Notes: generated by a model from the sequence alone, not told the origin. A stretch of DNA of 64,000 bases from Eledone cirrhosa (GCA_964016885.1 OZ024759.1:10478001-10542000); one strand, 5' to 3'. Shown: positions 49,296 through 62,769, numbered from the stretch's first letter. Program-made: numbers and translations.

Positions 49296-49640
49296 AGGCA
49301 CATGGCTTAGTGGTTAGAGTATTGGCCTTGCAATCGAAAGGTTGTGAGTTCAACTCTCAGACCGGGTGATGTGTTGTTTCCTTGAGCAAGACACTTTATT
49401 TCACATTGCTACAGTTTACTCAGCTGTAGAAATGAGATGATAGGGACTGGGGTCCCTATCATTCCACTGCAAAGTGGTCGTGGAGGTGCCACGGCAAAAA
49501 AGCACCCAGCACTCACTGTAAATGAGGTTGGTGTTAGGAAGGGCATCCAGCTGTAGAAATCAAGGCAGAATCAGTTCCCGTCCCACCCTTGCAAGCAGGG
49601 AAAAGAGGACGTAAAATGAAATGATGATGAAATGATGATA
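49296..49640 (+). mobile_element. SINE family B, full length
   Basis: A box TGGCTTAGTGG, B box GAGTTCAACTC, RTE tail and (ATG)n. Confidence 0.92.
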
Positions 49641-49674
49641 CATACACACATATATACACAGGCACACATATACG

Positions 49675-49705
<31 letters not shown>

Positions 49706-49863
49706 CATCATCGTTTAACGTCCATCTACCACGCATATATATGGATACATAAATATATATACATAAGTCTAACCCATGCTAGCGTGGAAGATAGACGTTA
49801 AACGATGATGATGATGTATGTATATATACACACACACACATATATATATATATATATTTATAT

Positions 49864-50198
49864 AACAACACATCACCCGGTCTGAGAATTGAACTCGAAA
49901 GGTTGTGAGTTCAATTCTCAGACCGGGTGATGTGTTGTTTCCTTGACCAAGACACTTTATTTCACATTGCTCCAGTTTACTCAGCTGTAGAAATGAGATG
50001 ATAGGGACTAGGGTCCCTATCATTCCACTGTAAAGTGGTCATGGAGGTGCCACATTAAAAAAGCACCCAGCACTCACTGTAAATGAGGTTGGTGTTAGGA
50101 AGGGCATCCAACTGTAGAAATCAAGCCAGAATCAGTTCCCGTCCCACCCTTGCAAGCAGGGAAAAGCGGACGTAAAATGAAATGATGATGATGATGAT
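49864..50198 (+). mobile_element. SINE family B with an inverted 5' duplication
   Basis: Body 49897-50198; 49864-49896 is the reverse complement of 49907-49939. Confidence 0.88.
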
Positions 50199-50313
50199 AT
50201 ATATATATTATAAAATATAGGCCGACCGAACTAGAAACTGCTAAATGTGTGGCCGCCTTCTTGTCTCTCTGCCTTTTCAGCCCGTTGGATTATATTCCTT
50301 TGTTAAATTTCGA

Positions 50314-50371
50314 ATACCTGATGATGTCACTGGATTCATACTGAATCTGGTCATTGAAATGTTCATAGTAT
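50314..50371 (+). ncRNA. Minimal type I hammerhead ribozyme motif (same family as 43441)
   Basis: ATAC-CTGATGA-[stem II]-GAAA-TGTTCA-TA-GTAT. Confidence 0.6.
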
Positions 50372-50562
50372 AATAAACCTTTCAAGGATTTACACCAGTC
50401 CAGCCTCCTGTTATTTTATAATAATTAACTCTGTACTCGCACCACCAACTACACAAACGAAGACGAGTGAGTTGCATTACGTTGAGTGCTCTCCATAATA
50501 TTACATCGAGGTTGACCATACGGAATGACCAGTTCTATCCAGTGGTGAACCAACAAACATAA

Positions 50563-50595
<33 letters not shown>

Positions 50596-50956
50596 TTATA
50601 TATATTAGCTTAAAGTTAAGCTGCTTCAATGCAGCTCTGTTGACTGAAAAATAGTAAAAAAAGTTAGGTAAATAATCCCAGAGTGATGGAAAAAAGGTGA
50701 AAGTATTACCTGTGTGAAGTATCCCTACCCAACAGGTGATTCTGACACCTGTTTTCTGTCTCTAGTGCCTTATATACACAACCTCAACTAGTTCTCATAC
50801 CACTTAACATATATCTATCTATCTAATTTTATATTTGTTATTTGTTTTCTTTACTCGCCTTTTTGTGTAAACTCCCCCCTTGTATTTGTCCCCTTCTTTT
50901 GCGCCCGAGTGGCAATAAATAGAAATATATCTATCTATCTATCTATCTATCCATCC

Positions 50957-52328
50957 ATCATCATCACCGTTTTACGTCCGTCCTTCCATGCTAGCATGGG
51001 TTAGACAGGTTGTCCTGTTATGGGCAGTGTCCGATCGGCTGACCTTGCCTTGCTCATACGGGAACTGATTCTGGCTTGATTTCTACAGCTGTATGCCCTT
51101 CCTAACACCAACCTCATTTACAGTGAGTGCTGGGTGCTTTTTTTCCGTGGCACCTCCACGGCCACTTTACAGTGAGTGCTGGGTGCTTTTTTGCCATGGA
51201 ACCTCCACGACCACTTTGCAGTGGGAGGGTGTGGGGGCATATTGTCTATATGCTTCAGCTTCGGCTTGTACCCGTGGGGGGGGGGGGGGAGGTCTTCTGT
51301 ATTACTGCATGATGCCAGAGGTCACAGTCGTGTGTCATCGCCTTTGAGAGGTGTAATTGGTTATGGTCGGCTTTTATCACCTCATCCCAGGTCTTCTTGG
51401 GTCTCCCCAGTCCGCGGCTTCCATCGACTTCTAGTACTCTGCACCTTTTTATGCAGCTGTCATCCTTCCTATGCATCACATGTCCATACTAAAGCAACCT
51501 CCTCTCCTGCACAGCATTTGATTCCTCTTATGCTCAGTCTCTCTCTCAATTCATTTATGCTTTGTCATTCACGTATATTACTATTACACATCCATCGGAG
51601 CATGTAGGTTTTGTTTCTTTCTAATCTACGCAAGTCTTCTACAGACAGTGTCCAGGTCTCATGTAACATGTAACATTACTGTTTGTATGCATGCATCATA
51701 CAGTCTGTCCTTCATTTTGAGGGAAAAGCCTTTTGCAGCTAGCAGTGGCAGTAGCTCCCTGAACTTCTTCCATCCTGTTCTTACCCTAGTTATTGTACTT
51801 TCCGAACACCCACCTCCGCTGCTAATATCGGTCACCTAGGTAGCAGAAGCTGTCTACTGTTTCTACAGAGCCCTCCCAGAGTTTGGTAGTTCTTGTTTCC
51901 TGTGGCTGTTTGCTGCTTGCTGTCCCAGCACAGCTGCTACATGTGAAGCCTACATTCTTAGTTAAGCTTCCTGAGATCCCACTACATCTCTTGTGTACCC
52001 ATTGTTTGCATTTGGGGCAGAGAATGGAGTTCCTACCTACACCTTTCCTACATACTGAGCAAGGCCATTTCCCTGAGGGGATCTGAGTTCTGTTTTCTCG
52101 TTTACTTACAAGGACCTTAGTTTTTGTCAGGTTGATTTTGAGACCCTTTCCATCTAGTCCCTGCTTCCAAATTTGGAATTTCTTCTCTAGTTCTACCATA
52201 GATTCAGTTATAAGTGCGAGGTCATCTGCATACAGGAGTTCCCATGGGCATTCGGTCTTAAACTCCTCTGTTATTGCCTGCAGGACTATGATGAACAGGA
52301 GAGGACTTAGAGCAGAGCCCTGGTGGAC
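50957..52328 (-). mobile_element. RTE LINE 3' half
   Basis: VHQGSALSPLLF, LLYADDL, Cys-rich insert CSVC..CPKC..HKRC, GRPKKTW, 3' UTR and tail. Confidence 0.92.
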
Positions 52329-52342
52329 ATATATATATATAG

Positions 52343-52679
52343 AGGCACATGGCTTAGTGGTTAGAGCATTGGCCTTGCAATCGAAAGGTTGTGAGTTCAA
52401 TTCTCAGACCAGGTGATGTGTTGTTTCCTTGAGCAAGACACTTTATTTCACATTGCTCCAGTTTACTCAGCTGTAGAAATGAGATGAGGGACTGGGGTCC
52501 ATATCATTCCAAAGTGGTCGTATAGGTGCCACGGCAAAAAAGCACCCAGCACTCACTGTAAATGAGGTTGGTGTTAGGAAGGGCATCCAGCTGTAGAAAT
52601 CAAGCCAGCATCAGATCCCGTCCCACCCTTGCAAGCATGGAAAAAGCGGACGTAAAATTAAATGATGATGAATGATGAT
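52343..52679 (+). mobile_element. SINE family B, full length
   Basis: Same structure as 49296. Confidence 0.92.
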
Positions 52680-53049
52680 ACACACACACATACAACAAAA
52701 GGATGTTTATACACACACAGACATGTCAAAACACTTCTACAAATAACTGAACCTAAATCATACCTGTTGTTGTTGTTGCTGTTATATCAGACACCTGTAC
52801 AGGTGTGAACAACTTCCTACAACGTTGCATTTCATGGGAAGCTTTCTCAGCTGTTTTAAGGAGAGTGTGCTGTGGGGTGGAGGCGATGATACAGTGTGGC
52901 CTAATGGTTAAGGTGTTCACTTTACAATCATCAGTACCCAGGTTCAATACTACCCTCAGACATCTTAGATATTATTTACCATAAACGTCCAATGATTGTA
53001 AACTATTTCTTCACAAGATTCTATTTTCACAAATAGTATACACACACCT

Positions 53050-56000
53050 GTACACCAGGTCCGAACACAGAGGAACCAAACTCCCACTGTCATCACCTCC
53101 ATCTCACCTGCCCTCCCCATCTCTCATGTACACCAGGTCCGAACACAGAGGAACCAAACTCCCACTGTCATCACCTCCATCTCACCCACCCTCCCCATCT
53201 CTCATGTACCCCAGGTTTAAATACAGAGGAACCAAACTCCCACTGTCATCACCTCCATCTCACCCACCCTCCCCATCTCTCATGTACCCCAGGTTTAAAT
53301 ACAGAGGAACCAAGCTCCCACTGTCATCACCTCCATCTCACCCACCCTCCCCATCTCTCATGTACCCCAGGTTTAAATACAGAGGAACCAAGCTCCCACT
53401 GTCATCACCTCCATCTCTCCCACCCTCCCCATCTCTCATGTACCCCAGGTTTAAACACAGAGGAACCAAACTCCCACTGTCATCACCTCCATCTCTCCTG
53501 CCCTCCCCATCTCTCATGTACCCCAGGTTTAAACACAGAGGAACCAAACTCCCACTGTCATCACCTCCATCTCACCCACCCTCCCCATCTCTCATGTACC
53601 CCAGGTTTAAATACAGAGGAACCAAGCTCCCACTGTCATCACCTCCATCTCTCCCACCCTCCCCATCTCTCATGTACCCCAGGTTTAAACACAGAGGAAC
53701 CAAACTCCCACTGCCATCACCTCCATCTCACCCACCCTCCCCATCTCTCATGTACCCCAGGTTTAAACACAGAGGAACCAAACTCCCACTGTCATCACCT
53801 CCATCTCTCCCACCCTCCCCATCTCTCATGTACCCCAGGTTTAAACACAGAGGAACCAAACTCCCACTGCCATCACCTCCATCTCACCCACCCTCCCCAT
53901 CTCTCATGTACCCCAGGTTTCAATACAGAGGAACCAAACTCCCACTGTCATCACCTCCATCTCACCCACCCTCCCCATCTCTCATATACACCAGGTCCAA
54001 ACACAGAGGAACCAAACTCCCAGTCATCACCTCCATCTCACCCACCCTCCCCATCTCTCATGTACACCAGGTTTAAATACAGAGGAACCAAGCTCCCAGT
54101 CATCACCTCCATCTCTCCTGCCCTCCCCATCTCTCATGTACCCCAGGTTTAAACACAGAGGAACCAAACTCCCACTGTCATCACCTCCATCTCTCCTGCC
54201 CTCCCCATCTCTCATGTACACCAGGTCCAAATACAGAGGAACCAAACTCCCACTGTCATCACCTCCATCTCACCTGCCCTCCCCATCTCTCATGTACACG
54301 AGGTCCAAACACAGAGGAACCAAACTCCCACTGTCATCACCTCCATCTCACCCACCCTCCCCATCTCTCATGTACCCCAGGTTTAAATACAGAGGAACCA
54401 AACTCCCACTGTCATCACCTCCATCTCACCCACCCTCCCCATCTCTCATATACACCAGGTCCAAACACAGAGGAACCAAACTCCCAGTCATCACCTCCAT
54501 CTCACCCACCCTCCCCATCTCTCATGTACACCAGGTTTAAATACAGAGGAACCAAGCTCCCAGTCATCACCTCCATCTCTCCTGCCCTCCCCATCTCTCA
54601 TGTACCCCAGGTTTAAACACAGAGGAACCAAACTCCCACTGTCATCACCTCCATCTCTCCTGCCCTCCCCATCTCTCATGTACACCAGGTCCAAATACAG
54701 AGGAACCAAACTCCCACTGTCATCACCTCCATCTCACCTGCCCTCCCCATCTCTCATGTACACGAGGTCCAAACACAGAGGAACCAAACTCCCACTGTCA
54801 TCACCTCCATCTCACCTGCCCTCCCCATCTCTCATGTACACGAGGTCCAAACACAGAAGAACCAAACTCCCACTGTCATCACCTCCATCTCTCCTGCCCT
54901 CCCCATCTCTCATGTACCCCAGGTTTAAACACAGAGGAACCAAACTCCCACTGTCATCACCTCCATCTCTCCTGCCCTCCCCATCTCTCATGTACACGAG
55001 GTCCAAACACAGAGGAACCAAACTCCCACTGTCATCACCTCCATCTCACCTGCCCTCCCCATCTCTCATGTACACCAGGTCCAAATACAGAGGAACCAAA
55101 CTCCCACTGTCATCACCTCCATCTCACCTGCCCTCCCCATCTTTCATGTACACGAGGTCCAAACACAGAGGAACCAAACTCCCACTGTCATCACCTCCAT
55201 CTCACCTGCCCTCCCCATCTCTCATGTACACGAGGTCCAAACACAGAAGAACCAAACTCCCACTGTCATCACCTCCATCTCACCCACCCTCCCCATCTCT
55301 CATGTACACCAGGTCCAAACACAGAAGAACCAAACTCCCACTGTCATCACCTCCATCTCACCTGCCCTCCCCATCTCTCATGTACACGAGGTCCAAACAC
55401 AGATGAACCAAACTCCCACTGTCATCACCTCCATCTCACCTGCCCTCCCCATCTCTCATGTACACCAGGTCCAAATACAGAGGAACCAAACTCCCACTGT
55501 CATCACCTCCATCTCACCTGCCCTCCCCATCTCTCATGTACACCAGGTCCAAACACAGATGAACCAAACTCCCACTGTCATCACCTCCATCTCACCTGCC
55601 CTCCCCATCTCTCATGTACACGAGGTCCAAATACAGAGGAACCAAACTCCCACTGTCATCACCTCCATCTCACCTGCCCTCCCCATCTCTCATGTACACG
55701 AGGTCCAAATACAGAGGAACCAAGCTCCCACTGTCATCACCTCCATCTCTCCTGCCCTCCCCATCTCTCATGTACACGAGGTCCAAACACAGAGGAACCA
55801 AACTCCCACTGTCATCACCTCCATCTCACCTGCCCTCCCCATCTCTCATGTACACGAGGTCCAAACACAGAGGAACCAAACTCCCATTGTCATCACCTCC
55901 ATCTCACCTGCCCTCCCCATCTCTCATGTACACGAGGTCCAAACACAGAGGAACCAAACTCCCACTGTCATCACCTCCATCTCACCTGCCCTCCCCATCT

Positions 56001-56075
56001 CTCATGTACACCAGGTCCAAACACAGATGAACCAAACTCCCACTGTCATCACCTCCATCTCTCCTACAATTCCCA
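53050..56075. repeat. 78-bp minisatellite (roughly 38 units)
   Basis: 26-aa periodicity in the ORF track (MYTRSKHRGTKLPLSSPPSHLPSPSL). Confidence 0.97.
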
Positions 56076-56216
56076 TCTCTCACTATTATTGGCAAATGGG
56101 GTCCCAGATGCTGACTGGCCCCAGCAGCCAGAATAGAGAAGGCATTTCCCCAGAGGATGGTGAGGGAGATGTGCTGGAAGATCCAGTTTATGAGGCTCAC
56201 ACATGCAGCCTACCAG

Positions 56217-56750
56217 CTCTGTGCCGATGGTGGTGAGTAGGGAGGTGACCCTAGGGCCAATGACACCAGAAGTCTCCACTGCTACGAGTAGCCAACTCTG
56301 TGCCGATGGTAGTGAGTAGGGAGGTGACCCTAGAGCCAATGACACCAGAAGTCTCCACTGCTACGAGTAGCCAACTCTGTGCCGATGGTAGTGAGTAGGG
56401 AGGTGACCCTAGGGCCAATGACACCAGAAGTCTCCACTGCTACGAGTAGCCAACTCTGTGCCGATGGTAGTGAGTAGGGAGGTGACCCTAGGGCCAATGA
56501 CACCAGAAGTCTCCACTGCTACGAGTAGCCAACTCTGTGCCGATGGTAGTGAGTAGGGAGGTGACCCTAGGTCCAATGACACCAGAAGTCTCCACTGCTA
56601 CGAGTAACCAACTCTGTGCCGATGGTAGTGAGTAGGGAGGTGACCCTAGGGCCAATGACACCAGAAGTCTCCACTGCTACGAGTAGCCAACTCTGTGCCG
56701 ATGGTAGTGAGTAGAGAGGTGACCCTAGGGCCAAGAACACCAGAAGTCTC
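56217..56750. repeat. 79-bp minisatellite (roughly 7 units)
   Basis: CTCTGTGCCGATGG recurs at 56217, 56296, 56375 and onward. Confidence 0.95.
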
Positions 56751-57992
56751 CAATGATAGAGGCTCAACTGCAAACCTGACGTTTTTACCACACATCTTCC
56801 TGAGTTAACCAGGTCACTGTGTACCGAGACAGGTATGTGGTCATCACTTACCACTCTGAAACTTTGACATCTCAGGGAGATTCTGTCTTACCAAGTCACT
56901 GTAGACAGAGACAGGTGAGTGGTCACTCATCTCTCAATATCCCACTGATCTGTCCAACCTTCCCTCTGGTCACTGCAAGACATGTCTCTGGTAATAACCA
57001 TCTGTTCAACATGTGCAGTATCTGTGCAACAACTGCAATATAGCCTATGGGTCCCATATTGCATTTCTCACCCAAGTATGTACACACTGCGAGAAGTTCC
57101 CTATATATAGTTTCACATCTCTTTAACCTCTTCAGTGCGGGAGACGAGATAACTCGTCCTAACATGTTTGAACTCTTTTCCAACAGTTCATATCTTCAAA
57201 GCTAGATGGGGTTACTAGTTTATTTATGTCACATTTGACAATGAAAATAGTCATTTTACTGAAAAAAGAAACCGGTACAGCAACTGTAGCTGTGTAAAAT
57301 ATATGCGGCAGTCTACAGGTTAAGTAGAACTGATACAGTTTAGTTATTGGAGTGAATTTCTTTCTAAAACATTTTCCTAAATTTTCCAGTTGATTCTTCA
57401 GGTTTTCCCTTTAATATTTATATAAATGTTTGATAAAGTAAGTGTTAGGAAGGGCACCCAGGCACAGAAAGCTTGCAAAACAAAGGGTTTGGAGGACCCT
57501 CAGTTGTGTCAAAGATATGACAGCCTCCTCTGTGGACTCAGTAAAACATGAAACTGTACATAAGTGATATGACAGATCCCTGGCTTGCCTAAGAGATTAC
57601 GAGCCACCACTTCATCTCTGACTTGATCTATGTAGACCCATGCAACCCTTGCTAGGAAGGAAAGCCGCTGTTAAAATGAAGATGGTGATGGTTGATCTCC
57701 CATTTAATGACAACTACATTTATATGTCAATAAGTTAAGTCTCATGGAAGATGAAAGCGCTGAACTCAAAGATCATCATCATCATCAACTTCAACAGACT
57801 ATAGAAAATAAATAGCAACAAAATTAGTATTTTAATAACTGTAATACTAAATCCATATGAAGGTTTAACATTGGTATTAATCCAAGTGTGTGTTGGTAAC
57901 CTTTATAGATTCTGTTGTGTGTGTATAACTAGTAGTAGGTGTTAAGTAATTTGTAAGTTGTTACTGAGTAAAAATCCATAAAAACACATTGC

Positions 57993-58778
57993 CATCATCA
58001 TTTAACGTCCATCTTCCACGCTAGCATGGGTTAGATGGGAATTGTCCCACTTGAGGCAAGATTGGTCGGGTGACCGTGTCTCGCTCATATAGGTCTATCT
58101 GGCAGGTTTTCTACGGCTGGATGTCCTTCCTAACACCAACCACATTTACAGTGTGGAACTGGGAACTTTTTACCGTGTTACCTACACGACCACATTACAG
58201 CATGGACTGTGAGTGTTTTTGTTGTGACACCTACACAGCCACATTACAGTGTGGACTGTGAGTGTTTTTGTCGTGATACCTACACAGCCACATTACAGCG
58301 TGGACTGTGTTTTTTTGTCGTGACACCTACACGGCCACATTACAGCGTGGACTGTGTTTTTTTTGTCGTGACACCTACACGGCCACATTACAGCGTGGAC
58401 TGTGTCTTTTTGTCGTGATACCTACACGATCTCGATCTCATTATCTCATTTATTTGGACAGAGAGAGGGTGGTGTTGGTGGGAAGATAAGGTAGGGGTAG
58501 TGGATTGGGGTGTATATTTGGTTAAGAGGTGCCTACTGACTGTAGGTTTCGCTTTGTACATAAGCAAGATGGGTCTTCTGTATTACTACGTGGTGTCAAA
58601 GATCTCGGTCCAGTGACATTGTCTTAGAGAGGTGCAAGTGTGTAAGGTCGGAATTTATCAAATCATCCCAGGTTTTTCTGGGTCTGCCTACTCCGTAACT
58701 TCCATCTATTTTGATCGCACTGCACTTTTTTATACAGCTGTCGCCTTTCATGCGCATCATGTGACCATACCAACATAG
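57993..58778 (-). mobile_element. RTE LINE 3' end with an internal ~41-bp repeat in the UTR
   Basis: WYGHMMRM...GRPRKTWDDLINSDL, closely similar to about 62090-62670. Confidence 0.88.
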
Positions 58779-58814
<36 letters not shown>

Positions 58815-59052
58815 TATATATATATATATATCATCATCGTTTAACATCCATCTTCCATGCTAGCATGGGTTTAATGTATATATATATATATATATACACA
58901 TATATATACATCATCATCGTTTAACGTCCATCTTCCACGCTTGCATGGGTTTGGATATATATACATACATACATATACATATATATATATACGTACATAT
59001 ATATACATATACATACATATATATATACACATACATATATATACATATACAT

Positions 59053-60872
59053 AGGGGAGTGTTCCGAGATCTTGTTGAGGAGAGGGCCTTTGGCGAATAG
59101 AATCTCATAGCTCTCGGAGATACAGAGGTCACAGCAATTATGGCCTCCCGTGTAGGATCGCGCTCTCTGGAGTAGTCTCCATTGGGTCTTGAAGGGGATG
59201 GAGTTCCTTTTAAGGTGCCAGATGTGGGCGGCGAGTGTTGTTTGGTTAGATTTGTCTGGGCGCCGGAACGAATGTGTGTGGGCGTACCAGCGAGTCTTAA
59301 AACTGTTAGAAGTCATCCCGATGTACGAGTTTCTTTTTTCATCGGGGCCTGAGAGTACATCGCATATATAGACGAGATCTTTTTTTAGACAGTTGTTGTT
59401 GAGGGGGCAGGTAGTCTTATCAGGGCAATTGCAGTTGCCATCGGTTGCTGGATGGGCTTCGGAAAAAGTAGACTTATTTAGCTTCTTGACGTGATTGTTG
59501 GCTAAGTTCCTAGCTAGATTAGGTGTGGTAGAGTAAGAGAGTCTAATGGTATTCTTATTAAGGATTGTATAGTACCTATGTTGGGTGGAGAAGTGTTTTT
59601 GTAAGAGAGTGAAGAAAATTTTAGCTACAGGTGTTGAAACTTCGCGGTTGAAGGGGGGGTTGTACCAGCTAATGTGCCTTCGCCTATTCTTCCTGGGTGG
59701 GCGTGGGGCTATACTAAGGTAGGTGATCTTATCTCTAAAGCCGCTGCGGGCCAGGGCCTTGTTGTAATAGGGGGCTGCTGCTCTAAAGATATCTTCATTG
59801 GCGGCGAGGCTAGATATCCTAATGGAGACACTTTTCACTAGGTTGTCTAATATATTTTTGGGGTGGTTAGAATGAACGTCTATATATCTAAGGGATTAAT
59901 TAGGTTTGTGGTACGGGAAGTAAAGGGAAGTTTCTAAGTCGAGGGTAGCGTCTAGGAAGTTAGCTTTAGTTAAGTTCGAATCTAGGGTAATCCTAAGGCC
60001 TAAGTTTTTAAAGAAGGTGTAAAGGTTTTTCCTGAACCCATCCGTGGTCCTGGGGTTGATTTTGTGGAGGGCAAAGAGGCCGTCATCTCGGTAGAGACCG
60101 CCGGAGAGGCCTGTGAAGAGGGTCTTCAACCTGTGGAGGATGAACAGACCCACAAGGTCACTTATTTCAGCTGAGTCGCTAGCACCCATGCTAACGTCGA
60201 AGGGGGTCTCAGATTTTTTGTTGATCCAGTGGGATCTGTCATGGTAAAGAAAAGTCTTACGTGCATGGAGGATCACGTCCTGCTCGGCTTCGGTGATGGT
60301 GGTAAAGTTCCTGGCGAAGTTAATCGCGTCAATCAGCAGGCTCTCTGATATGGAGGCGTAGTAGTCCTCGATGTCTAGCTGCAGGAAGCGGGTGTTGCTT
60401 TTGTCGGGCAAGTCCCGGAACCATGTGATTGCCTCTGATGTCCTATTCCAGAGTGGGAGGGGTGAGGCAGCACGTAGTCTAGGTAGAATCCTGTCCAAGA
60501 TCTTCTTACTGACGGATCCTATGTCAGACTTGGTCGGGTTAATCAGCCGGACCGACGGTTTATTGTCAAAGTTGTTCTTGTGGTCTTTCAGGGTGAAGTG
60601 TGGGGACTTTACCCTCAGAGGTTCTGTCCGGTCGGTCTTCCAGTTTAAGGGAAGTGGCGATCTTCTTTCCGGCTATGCTTGTTTCAGTCAAAGTTGTGTC
60701 ATCAACTTTTTGTACTTTGCTGTGATGGTATTATCAGCAAGCTTGTTGTAGGTGTCGGGACTAACCGCATAAGTGTTTTTAGTTTTGTCTGAAGGGACGT
60801 GGAGGTACGGGGAACTTTTCATTTTCAGAAGTTTCTCCTTTAAGTCCGTTTGGAAAGGTATGTTGACTTTCC
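59053..60872 (-). mobile_element. Penelope-like element: RT plus C-terminal GIY-YIG endonuclease, frameshifted and truncated
   Basis: QLDIEDYYASI, MGASDS, LYRDDGL, FLDATLDL; linker CNCPDKTTCPLNNNC; LVY...SYIGMTSNSFKTRWYAH; flanked by TA-rich microsatellites. Confidence 0.92.
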
Positions 60873-61210
60873 TGATATATATATATAAATAAATATATAT
60901 ATAAATATATATATAAATATATATATAAATAAATATATATATAAATATATATATATATAAATATATAAATAAATATATATATAAATATATATATAAATAA
61001 ATATATATATAAATATATATATAAATAAATATATATATGAATATATATATAAATATAAATATATATATAAATATAAATATATATATAAATAAATATATAT
61101 ATAAATAAATATATATATAAATAAATATGTAGATAAATCTACCAAGAGTTTACGGTAGTGTCCCAAAGAGACCTGTAATTTTGAATTGTTGTTATTATCA
61201 ATAAATATAT

Positions 61211-61363
61211 TTCATTATTTCTGAAGACGGCATATGTATGTGTTGGTATGTATATTATATTTGATAATTTGTATAATTTTATATAATTTTGTACATAGAT
61301 CTGTTGAATATGCATACCAATTCTAACACATATATGTCCTAGAAACGATCGTTAAATAATGAA
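61211..61363 (+). ncRNA. Type I hammerhead ribozyme motif with a long stem II
   Basis: TTCATTATTT-CTGAAGA-[114-nt hairpin]-GAAA-CGATCG-TT-AAATAATGAA; perfect 10-bp stem I and palindromic stem III. Confidence 0.72.
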
Positions 61364-61501
61364 CTTTTTTTGTTTAATATAAGGAACTGTTTCATTGTTT
61401 TATTCATTATTTTTTTAATATTTTATATAAATAAATATATATATAAATAAATATATATATAAATAGATATAAATATATATATATAAATAAATATATATAT
61501 A

Positions 61502-62672
61502 TCTGGGAAATGGCCATGCTCAGTGTGTAGGAAAGGAGTAGGTAGAAACTCCATTTTATGTCCCAAATGCAAAGTATGGGTACATAAAAGATGTAGTGGG
61601 ATCACAGGTAAGCTAACTAAGAACATAGATTTTATATGTGGCCGGTCCTCTGGTGCAATAAGTAGCAGCAAGTGCCCAGAGAATACTAACTCATTCCATT
61701 ACACAGATGGTTCTATAGAAATAGTGGACACCTTCCGTTACCTGGGTGACAAAATCAGCAGTGGCGGGGTGTGCTCTGAAAGTACAGTAGCTAGAGTCAG
61801 AACGGGATGGAAAAAGTTCAGAGAGCTTATACCACTATTGGCCGCTAAAGGGTTCTCTCTAAAAATGAAAGGCAGGCTGTATGATGCCTGCATACGAACA
61901 GCAATGTTACATGGCAGTGAGATCTGGGCATTGTGTGCAGAGGATATATGCAGACTGGAGAGAAACGAAGCTTGCATGCTCCGCTGGATGTGTAATAGTA
62001 ATATACGTGAACGGCAAAGCATAAACGAACTAAGGGAGAAATTAGAAATAAGAGGGATCAGATGTTGTTTACTCGAGGGAAGACTACGTTGGTATGGTCA
62101 CGTGATGCGCATGAAAGACGACAGCTGTATAAAAAAGTGCAGGGCAATACAAATAGACGGTAGCCACGGAGTAGGCAGACCCAGAAAAACCTGGGACGAC
62201 TTGATAAATTCCGACCTCACACACTTACACCTCTCCAAGACAATGTCACTGGACCGAGATCTTTGGTGCTACGCAGTAATACAGAAGACCTGCCTTACTT
62301 AAGTGCAAAGTGAAACCTACTACAGTCAGTAGGCACTTCTAACAAAATACACCCCCGTCCCACTACCCCCACCCCTTTCAATGTAAAGTTATGTTGGTAC
62401 CACAACATCCAGCCCGAAACAAATGAGGTCGTGTAGGTGTTACAACAAAAAAACACAGTCCATGCTGTAATGTGGCCGTGTAGGCAACATGGTAAAAACC
62501 TCCCAGTCCACACTGTAAATGTGGTTGGTGTTAGGAAGGGCATCCCGCCGTAGAAAACCCGCCAGACAGTCCTATTCGAGCAAGACAACCACTCTTGCCT
62601 CAAGTGGGAAAACTCCCGTCCAAACCCATGCTAGCGTGGAATATGGATGTTAAACGATGATGATGATGATGA
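61502..62672 (+). mobile_element. RTE LINE 3' part
   Basis: 259-aa ORF with FRYLG, RLYDACIRTAMLHGSE, RLRWYGHVMR and GRPRKTW; (ATG)n tail. Confidence 0.92.
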
Positions 62673-62734
62673 TATATATATATAAATATATAAATATATA
62701 TAAATATATATAAATATATATATATATAATATAA

Positions 62735-62765
<31 letters not shown>

Positions 62766-62769
62766 AATA

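Noticed and set aside
49296-49370. tRNA gene (also the other A/B-box heads)
   Set aside because: These are SINE heads continuing into SINE body and LINE tail; no complete cloverleaf.
53126-56236. Pro/Ser-rich 130-316 aa ORFs resembling extensin or mucin
   Set aside because: Translations of a 78-bp minisatellite open in several frames, with frame-breaking 2-bp deletions and no splice or unique-domain context.
56217-56750. CRISPR-like regular repeats (also 1-1550 and 47530-48825)
   Set aside because: Units are contiguous with no unique spacers, there are no cas genes, and the context is eukaryotic.
57993-62672. Composite element formed by inverted RTE ends flanking the Penelope element
   Set aside because: The two RTE pieces differ in truncation point and UTR repeats and no shared TSD is seen; independent insertions of an abundant subfamily explain it.
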